Below, piece after piece: positions 53,851 through 64,000 of a stretch of DNA of 64,000 nt. The notes below the pieces were generated by a model. That model was not told the DNA's origin. It searched no databases and worked only from the letters and a program-made list of their open reading frames with translations. Origin of the DNA: Trichoplax sp. H2 (taxonomy: Eukaryota). The first letter of the stretch is position 1; each line of letters begins with the position of its first letter. Made by a program: the position numbers and the translations under genes. Location: NCBI GenBank assembly GCA_003344405.1, contig NOWV01000015.1:372001-436000 (forward strand), in the 5' to 3' direction.

Positions 53851-56800
53851 AGGTTACGGCTAATAGAAAAATTGCAGTAATAAAATGAACAATTATCTAC
53901 CAGTGCGAGCACTCCAGAAGTTTTCACTTGTATTGTCATGATATTATTATAGTATTTTACTGTATTTTTTTCTACTACAGCAACGATGTTCTATTCTAGT
54001 CGATAATTTACTATTTTCGGCAAAGAATTCTTTATTAATGCCATCAATCGGCAAGCCTTGACTTTATACAATACTATATAACGTCTACGATCCGATAGCC
54101 ATAAATAGCACAATCAACCACTTTTCTCTAAAGCATAAACGAGAGGCCTTTATTTCTAGTATCAATAAATATTTTAAATACTGTAATTTGTGATCTAAAA
54201 TGCATCGTATGTGGCCTTGACCACATCAGCAAGTAAAATTTTAACGGCAACGATGAGGCTAAAATAACGTCCCCTGCTTATGGTTTGGTCAATGCGGTTG
54301 CAGGCAATAATTAATTTCTATTTCGTGACTAATCGACGATAATATAACCGTTTGGGATATTTATAATATGGCCCAGTGTGTACATAATATACAAAATTAT
54401 CATGACATGCCTCCAGTATCAGTCTACAGCAAAGATTTCTACATTACTTTAGTCGTCAGGTCCATAATACGAATATTATGTATGATTTACTTAATATTTT
54501 AGATAGCAGTCATTCAATTTACAGCTTTCTTTTCGGGACGACAGAATGATTCTATCTTAAAGTGATTAAAATAAAATCTGCATATGAATCCATGGCATAG
54601 ACTAAATAAATGCCTGTTTATTGAATGTAGAAGCTCTTTCGAGTGTACTAGATAGAATCCATGTGGAGTTATCTGTCACGAAACGCCAGCTGCAATCTGT
54701 CATGAAGTTTAATGACAAGATGCAACTCATTTTCCATCCATTGAATACCATAAAGAATAATTTAAAAGTATTAAAGTAGCGTATGCATATTATGTCTATG
54801 AATTATAATAGCATCAGCAGGCTTTATAAAAGAATAATTAATGAATATATTACTTTATCGACTATTTTCCATCTTTTGGTGGCTAATGTTATGCCTCATG
54901 CGTGATAAAATAATAAATTTTTGTCCAGGGTCTCAGATACTTTTAGCGTTAGTTATTATTGAGTGGAAAGTAGAAAAGGTGGCTAGATTGAATAACTAAT
55001 TAATTGGACTCTTTAAAATTCCAAAGGCAGACAATAAAGATATGTTCAATTCATAGACTATAGTTCTAGTTTGCTCCAATAACCATTTGACCATAGTAAT
55101 ACTGTAACAAAGACATATTCCTATATCACGCCTGGAGGAAGTTCCATTAAAATTTCAATCTTTTCTACTTATCTTGCGTAATTTCATATGCAAAGAGATT
55201 AAAATAATTTTGTAATTAATAAATCATCGTGCGCGATAAAATAACCACTAAAGTACTATTACTGGATTGAACTACGTTGCTATGAACTACCCTCATTCGA
55301 TACAGTCATGCTTTGAAGGAGGAAAAGGAAAGAAGTGATAGAATAAAAGTACTCACTTACAATACGAATGTATAGATCGATAGCTTACATTATCGATGAC
55401 GACGTGATTGATGTCTGTCCTGGAATCCTTGAGTAAACTACAAAGTATGCATAAACTTACATTTAATCAAGTCAAACAAACAAGATATTTTTTAATATGC
55501 AGTATTTATCGCATAACATAATTAGTATTGTTCTTCTTTTATACAATAGAATGAGAGACAGTTTGTAAGAATGAACGAAAGATGGCCAATGTAATCAAAA
55601 AAGAATATGGTAATTACAAATTAAGGATAAATTGTAGCCATGCGTGCCATCCAAACTATGGACATACATTAAATGAAGTAACCGAGAGAGAAAAAAAGGA
55701 TTCAACCCCAGTTAACACTATTATACTGTGGCTTATTTTTAGTATGTCGATATTGTAGAAGTATGCTGTAGTCCAAAAGAGAGGCATAAGAGAATTGAAA
55801 TTAATTTTTGTCTTCATGACCTCAATAAACTATAGAATAGCGATGTTATTCTACTCTTCATACACCTTCAAAGAATTTGAGATAAGCAGCCATTTCTATT
55901 CAGTTTTGACTCATTCTACAGTAGTGTCATCAAAGAGGCCTGACCAACGATGCTAACGGCTATATTGCATGCCATTAATTTGCTTCTCTAGCTCTACCTT
56001 CATGCATTAATGGCCACCACTCCTGTATGAAAGACTATAATAAATACTGTATTAATGCGGTAAGCATCAGAAGAGATTGACAAATTCAACTCGTCATTCA
56101 TATCTTCAATTGATTGATTATATTATCATTATCCAATTTGACAAGGGAAAAATTGAAAACAGTATCGTAATCCTATTGTTTATTCACCATTACCCAGGCC
56201 GAAATTATTGTCATGTTAAATCTATTCAATTTGCCATAAGTGATGATAAATTGTTAAATTGATGGCCTGACTCCTTGACGCATGTAAATTAATACTGCTT
56301 GCCATCTAATTGGAAGATTGATTGCTTTATTTTTAATTTAATATCTTCAATTAACACATAAGGTAATGAATGGCAACGGCTAAACTGTTGCTATGTTTAG
56401 GCCTCGATATTAGCAACGCGTTGAAATGTATGTATGTCGATCTTATAGGAATGATGGATTTTGATTTTTTTTGATTTTTTTGATTAATAGAATGTGGTAG
56501 AAGAGTATAGCTTAAATACTTGATCAATCGATATTGCTTTACTGGTTACTACGATTGTATTCGCCATGGATTAAGAATAGAATCAATTAACAAAATTGTC
56601 TGTCTATTGTCTGCTCAAAATTGCCAACCTAAACAATCAATCACGTCCAGAGAATCTAAAATTAGTCATCAGGAATCCATAATTGCACGCTTATTTTCTC
56701 TTCATATGCATGCGTATGTACAACTTTATTCATAGCGGTATACAGTAGGATTACTTTGCGCTGCGATGATAGTGATTGGGCCCATACGTAGAAGACTTTT

Positions 56801-56989
56801 TGACGTGATGATTTACTTTCAGAAGTCGTGATCACTTTTCAATGTCCGCCATTTGTTATTTACTTAGTTCTTCCGTCGTATCTTATCCTATTAAATTTCT
56901 AGTTCCAATTTGGATAAAATATCGACCTATCTAACTGTCTTTACTGTCTGACCATATGGATAACATTACTACGATTCTGTAGGCGTAGC

Positions 56990-57012
56990 TGTTGTTGTTG
57001 TTGTTGTTGTTG
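56990..57012. repeat. (GTT)n microsatellite
   Basis: gttgttgttgttgttgttgttg. Confidence 0.9.
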
Positions 57013-58076
57013 CTGTTACATTATTGATTATGTCGCAGCAATGCTTGAACACAGCAAATTGTAACGAATTTAAGTTTTCCATCTATGGTTACTATCGATG
57101 AACCTTATGCTGTATGAGTAAATCAGTGAAAGATTCATCATGTATATTTTACTATGCGCTCATATCTCAATGGATCCTCTTTAATAGGATAATAAAGCAT
57201 CGTAGGCTATGATCGTATTTTATCAATTTTATCATTATTATAAGTATGAGTGATGATAATGATGATGAATTGAAGACAACTGTTCGTCCTACGGACATGG
57301 AGGGAAGACTTCCCATCACGTTAGGGGGTATTAAAGAAAATCATTGTAGATTTACTTAAAAATATTTATCCTTACTGTAAGGATAAAATCCCTTGTATAG
57401 GGTGTTCTTCCCATCTGTCGACCATGTATTCAACAACAACCATTTAGCGATTGATTGTTAACAGATTGAGATGATAACCAACCACGCGTTGAGGCACGCG
57501 ATTTAATCTACAGTAAGAGCTAATACTATTAGCCTATTACTCATTTACTTTTTATTACAGCGATGGTTAAAATATTCATCGACTTGAACTATTTCTCCAT
57601 ACGTAGAATTGCCGTTGTCACAACATTAAATTAATTCAAGCACTTGGCAATCACTGTACCAGTATACGCGTATACTGTACTGTAGTTTAAGTTATAAAAG
57701 TAATGATCGAAATTGAATTGCCTACGCTTTCCGATCAATTCCAGTTTAAGCCAAAGATAACTACAATATTATTATTTTTTATTAGATCAATACTGCTGAG
57801 TGGTAATTTTAAAATAGTCTATCCCATTCTACTTGCCATCGTGTATTGTGATAGATTAATTTTATTTTATGACAGTGCGTAGTGTAAAGTTCAGCTTTAT
57901 TGTTTGTATAATGTGGAAAAAAATTGATTTTAAAGCATTGCTACTGTATGGAATAGAATATAGCATATAAAATTATCTTAAATTCTAATAAACAATAGTC
58001 ATTTTCTTCATTGAACTAAGTTGAATGAATGATAATCGTAGAAAGAGTGTACCTGGAAAACAATGAAGAACTGAAT

Positions 58077-58120
58077 AATGATGATGATGATGATGATGAG
58101 GATATTGATGATGATGATAG
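58077..58120. repeat. (GAT)n microsatellite, interrupted
   Basis: atgatgatgatgatgatgatgaggatattgatgatgatgat. Confidence 0.85.
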
Positions 58121-60359
58121 TAGGACTGATTGATGATCGATACTTATGACAGTCAATAATTCAAAAAATGGAACCATTTTCGATTTAGTAGGTTATCAAT
58201 ATCGGGCGTAATGGATCGATAGCTACTCTATTAAATAGATGTATTCTAGTAATTCGGTTAGGTCAAGTCAAAAGGTGAATGCCATAGCCAAATTGTAGGC
58301 GACAGTAAGGTGGGGATTTCTATAAACACTAGATAAAAAAAATGAATATTCTATTGAACAATACTAGCAGTTCAACATTGTTTGTAAAGTATCAAAGCTG
58401 ACTACAGAGAAATCAAACATAAGGTGGAGAGAAATTAAAACATAAAGTCCAATTTGATAAAAATTATAATTCAATTGTTGATTCATCTGTCGCTATAGGC
58501 AAATTGCCCTTTTTATGATGATAGTTTATGCATAATCATTTGTTATAGGAAGAATTTATTCTTGCATAATCGATAATCAATTAATAGCAGCTAATTTATT
58601 TGATGGCTAAATGATGTTGACTTATGCTCGTCCTTATGTTAAACTGATTGCGAAAAACAAGAAAAAAAAAATTGCATCACTTGAAATCAAGATACTCCAT
58701 ACTTATAGGCATGCAAATTTTTTCAAAGGATATCACTCTAGAGAAGAGTTAAAATTCGGAGCATTTTTATTGCTTCACGCGTTGTCTACTACGATCTGGT
58801 ATGCATCATAAGAAACGATTTTGACAGTGGGAAGGGAAACTCTCCTCTAGCGTTGCCAAGATGTCTTGTCTTTAAATGAATAGTATTGTACTAACTGCGG
58901 ATAAAAAAAAAACAACTATATCAATAAGTTACTTTAACACAGAGGTAGTGTACAGTAGTTGATTGTATCAACATCAGGAACGAAGACGATAAGACTTTAC
59001 CAAAGTCGATCACATCCTATATGATAGCTCGAGCAGAACTGGATTGATGATCTTATTTTAAATTAATATATTCTAGTCATTCGATCATATGTCAGTTATA
59101 AAAGATTGTTGATTATTGTTTACTATCCAGTTAGGAAGTGAGGTAAATAAAACAGTCAAATCAGTATTATGTAATAAAGTCATTGAAGTACATGAATAGT
59201 GATACAAGCTTGGATGGCTGTATTGTTATTTCTTACTAACACCTTATCACGACAAGATGATACACGGGAAACAATTCTTTTTTTTTTTAACCACCCCTTC
59301 TGCTACTTTATTCAATCGGATAAAGAACAGTTGACTGGCTGTCTTTCTTGCGATCTTGAATAGCAATGAGAAATTAAATCATGCAAATGCTTATCATAAC
59401 AGTGAAATGATGGACAAGAGCGAAGAATAACCTATTGTTATGTTGATAATCTGCGATAGTAAAATGCTGTTGTGATTAGGACAACTCCTTGACAGTTGTT
59501 GCTATTGAACTTCTCGAATATTTTCATTGCATCATTTCTCATTATTTTTTCTCCCTCCCTTCAGCTTATTTTTATTTTTTTTCCTTTTGTAACGATCAAT
59601 GTATAACCCACTGCACGTCTTGATAGAAGTTCAACTAGTTCAGGCACTTTGCAAATTTCACAGCAGTCATCTTGTTCCTCACTCATCAGTCAATCCCTAG
59701 GACCAATTCGCTGACTATATCCAATAAAATTGAGCAGCATTGTACCGTGGCTATTTCGATTCTACTTGAACTTCTTTTTATTCTCACTTTCTCTCTTTGT
59801 ACAGTAAAATGACAAGGTCATGAGTTAAGCGTTCTTCATTCTAACTTTCATCAAGAATATCACACTAGAGGCATGAAATAAATGATAGAGCAGTGACTGA
59901 TAAATGGTTCAGATCGGAAAATAAATTGGCTTGTCAACAATGGAAATGTTTATTTACGGACGTTGCTTACATTACTCTACCTGTTAACAGTCAGTCTGCT
60001 GCTATGCTTGGTGCTGATGCTTGTGCTAAGGTAGTACAGTCCAGTGAGTGATTTGTCAAGCTAGCTATCAAAGTATTGTCCACTATCCTACTGCCATCAT
60101 TTCCATGATAGAAGATTGTGTTTACATTGCTTTGCTGAATGACTCATAACCTAGTCAGAAAAGTGTGATGAAATTCACAAATCGTAGCACATCTAAGTTG
60201 CTATTCTATAACACTGATTGGAATTAGTCAATTTGTTTTAAGGCAATGACAAGATACCGCTTTCTCCTTATCGTAATCGTCATAGCAGACTACCAAAACG
60301 ACATTTAAAATGGGTAGTAGTCGATTTTACGCGAGATGGCAACTATGCATCACGCATGG

Positions 60360-60670
60360 GCTACTACAGTGTGCAGTACAGTACATTGCTGTGGTGTACT
60401 GTCAACTTTTTGTCGTTTTTTATTACCTTGATGTACAGTACAGTACAGTACTGTAGATGCATAGAGTACAGTACAGTATACTGTACAGTAGTACAATCAT
60501 ACTGTACAGTACAGTACTCGGCCATACTGTATCTCATACAAGATAACAATGCCTTCAAACTTCCGCCAAATTCGGAGTTCCGAAAAATCCAGATACCCGA
60601 AACTACCGCACTGCATTGTTCTGTAGAGGTCGAAAACGTTGACGCCATTTACAGTATACAGTACAGCAAA
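60360..60670. repeat. TACAG/CTGTA pentamer-rich low-complexity patch
   Basis: gtacagtacagtacagtactgtag...agtacagtacagtatactgtacagtag. Similar patches occur at 9380-9445, 61410-61535, 61880-61915 and 62110-62240. Confidence 0.8.
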
Positions 60671-63600
60671 ATTGATTTTTTCGTATTTTGAGGGGGGGAG
60701 GGTAGTAGGCTAGTAGCACTCATCGACGTACCATCAACAAAGCACGCGAAAAAGAAATATTTCAAGAAAATAAATGTGACAATTCTATAATTTAGTGAAG
60801 CGACTATAACTTTGGTACTCTACTGTTCAATTTTTGATTTTATAGTGTGCACTAGACGATAGCCAAGTGTACAGTATTCTGACAATATATTGTACAGTAT
60901 CGCATAATATACCGTTGAAGTACGAAGATACGGATGCTGTAAAGTACCGTGTATGACTGATGACATCATGGTCTACCAAAGACACGAGGATGAAATGAAG
61001 AATTTCGAGCTCCTACCACAGTACTGTACTGCTTAACATCCAATGACGCGATACCGAGCTAGTTTTGCTCCTTTGACGAAATTTGCAATTTGAAAGATTC
61101 CAATTTCAATACACGTCTATGACGCCGATGCTGACCCACTTTTGGGGCATACCACTGCATTACTGGCTTACTGTTACTATGTTGCAAGTATTGAACAGGA
61201 CGAGATCCTATCAATTTTCCAGTAGCGAATGGAATGTGTACGTCTATAGTAGAACAATTTCCAACAACATTTATCCTTAGTTTGGAGATGCGTCTAGTCC
61301 TTGATTACAAAGGATCATTAAATTAATTAATTTTTCGACAGTAAAAACGTCGAGACCTACTTGTACTGTATGTCATAGATTGCTAGCCAATGGTTGTATG
61401 CAAACGTTGATGAGCAGTACTGTACACAGTGTACACTGTACTGTACAGTATGTAACATTGTTGTTGACGTCCAATACAGTACCGTCCAGAATGAGATCGT
61501 ACTGTACACTGTAGAGTACACTACTAAGCACTGTAAATAAAAGTGAAATAACAAAGGCATGAGAACATGAGATTGTCAGTCAAGACCATCGTTAAGACAA
61601 TGGAATAATCCGATATTCACTGCCATTCAACCTCTTATTACATACTGTACAGGACTACGTCCAGTCGGCCTCACTAATTGAATCCATAAAACGAGTGAAA
61701 ATAGGAGTCTCAGATTGTAGTAGACTGACTTCCATTTCACGGAAAGTGTACTGAAAGTTGTCGGATCGACCGACAGTAGATTCCATCATGAAACTAGCGA
61801 CAATCCGGATTGTCGCCAAAATGATGCAGGTGTAGATAGATCGTGACTTGGTGAGATCACGCTTGCCTGCGACGCGACGTGCTACGTACAGTACATACAG
61901 TACTGTACAGCGTGTGTGGAGAGTCATTGGATATTGCAAAGTGTAATATCAGGATATTTTCTAATGATTTTCCACAAATTTTTAGTGTAATCGTATAGAG
62001 TAAAGCTTTTCATTTTTCATGGTAATAGCTGTCATAACCATACCCTTACCAAAAAGACGCTAAGATAAATTGTACACTAGCACCGTACCCTTGCAGAAGA
62101 TTGACAGGTGAATAACGGTACAGTACGGTACTGTACTTCCTACGATGCTGACGGTACAATACGGCGTACTGTAGATTGCTTACAGTACAGTGTACTGTAG
62201 CAAACGCTGCACTGTACACAGACTGTGCGGTTCAGTACTATTGAGTTGATATACCTGAGGCACAGTTGAAAATCTTGTCACACTCCTGTAGTAGTCCGGA
62301 GTGATCGCTAATGTACTACTTTCTATGAATTAATTAATTAAAGGTCCGCAGTTGAAGAGCGTAGCAACTACCAACGCCGTCCTAGTTTTTAGCTGGTTTG
62401 TTCCTTATTTAGCCACTTTTGATCGACCATCGGAATCGATAACGGCCTCAACGTCTTCGTTAGAGGTAATCAGAGTATAGTGTGATTGATACTATGGTAA
62501 GAGAAACATTTCCATGTTGATATCATTTGTTGCAGAATCGATATCATTGTCGAAAATCTCAAGACGTTCAGTCCTGGCTTGGCTACTTCTTTGGATCGAT
62601 ATATCATCTATCAATAGCCCCCTGCTGCAACGAGGGCAGTTTTTGTAGAAAGTGGCCATCGTTGACGATTTTTGATCATTGAAATTGCTATCCAATAGAC
62701 TGTAGTTGTATCTAACGATACGTTTGAAAAATTTAGCCTTCATTTTCTCTCTCTCTCTCTTCTATTCCTCCTTTGGTGGATGTGCTGTAGTACTACAGTA
62801 CTTGAAAGCATTACGATCTACCCCTAAAAAAAAAATGATTTCTTTTCTTACTTGCCAACTTCAGCGTCAATCTTTGGATGACGTGAAATCGAATCATGTT
62901 TTCCAGGTTAGTTGATCGTATCAGTCTGTTATTGCATGCTCTATTTCAAACTTCAATACGGACTAGGTTGATGAAATGCCCTCCATTTCTCTCTCAAAAT
63001 AGTTCATTCGGATTACTTTTTTGCATCACTGTCAATGACTTTCCCCTCTACAGTATACAGTTGTATACGATTCCACTTCACCACGTACTCTACGATGCTG
63101 ACTATGTATATATATATATATATATACAAGCACAACACACACACGTACTAATAGGTTGTACTGTAGACTATATTGCTCTCTCTCTTTCTTTGGACACGGT
63201 AGTATGAGTACATTGTCAACTTGTACGGTAAATCATTTTTTGGGGGGGTATTTATTCTCTTCGACGGTGTTGTAGTTTCATTTTATTCCAATATGTCCTA
63301 AACTTGGACATCATAGCCAGTACAGTGCTACGATCGGCTTTAGATTAACCACTGTCCAACCCTCCTATGCAGTCCATTTTTTTCCCCCTTACTTGATTCT
63401 CTTGTAGCTTCCATCTACGCTAATGTCGTGCTTTTATTTGTTTGTTTCTGTTTGATGCCAAGGCAAATGGGCCACTGTGCTCTGTTTAGCAGTTCGATTC
63501 ATGGGCTACACACTATTGTACTGTACAGTAGACTACGATACAAGTTGTCTGACTGGAGAATAATAATAATAATTGTTATTCATTAATGTTGTAGTCCAAT

Positions 63601-64000
63601 CGATCGCTGCGATGTTGTATTGGTAGTGACGTACTATCGACATTCTTCTTCTCCGTTGAAAATGTCCATTTTTCCCATCCAACTTCTTGTACTCTTGAAT
63701 ACTGATTTTAAAACTTGAACAAGGGACAGTGGTGATAGCAAATGTGAGTCATTTCTGACCCAATAGGAGCTGTACAATGTACATGATAACGTAACACCAG
63801 CATCACACATTTGGTGTTGTGTCACCGTTTGGAAAATTCAGGGATTATATCAACTTAATCTCTTGCTTTCGTCCTATAGTAGAAACAAGATTGACACGAT
63901 CAAAGCCAGCTCAATAGTTTTTTCTCTTGATGATTGTCATTGGAGGATCGCTACGCTATCTTAAAACGCTACTGCCGTAAACGCAAAATTGACTTATTAG

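Noticed and set aside
60356-61560. Tyr/Ser/Thr/Val/Cys-rich ORFs (60356-60691, 61357-61560)
   Set aside because: Translation artefacts of TACAG repeats.

Overview
AT-rich eukaryotic (animal) genomic DNA with short spliceosomal introns. Composition, intron size and gene content fit a compact early-branching metazoan such as a placozoan (inference, not established). The left 14 kb holds three conserved genes: LHPP (+), RNF220 (-) and B4GALT7 (+, with one GC-AG intron). From 15.5 to 34.3 kb lies an unstable, probably immune or cell-death locus. Two paralogous two-exon CARD + death-domain adaptor genes point away from each other. Between them are a near-identical duplication of one gene's upstream region, decayed multi-exon pseudogenes (one strongly G-depleted, resembling G-to-A hypermutation), an orphan helical ORF next to a 20-N assembly gap, and a 22-unit ~74-bp satellite just upstream of the second adaptor. 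The right ~30 kb has no recognisable intact gene. It contains local tandem duplications, faint LINE-RT, GPCR and ankyrin relics, and clusters of TACAG/CTGTA motifs. No CRISPR, rRNA or tRNA was seen. Exon coordinates were read by eye and may be off by a few bases.
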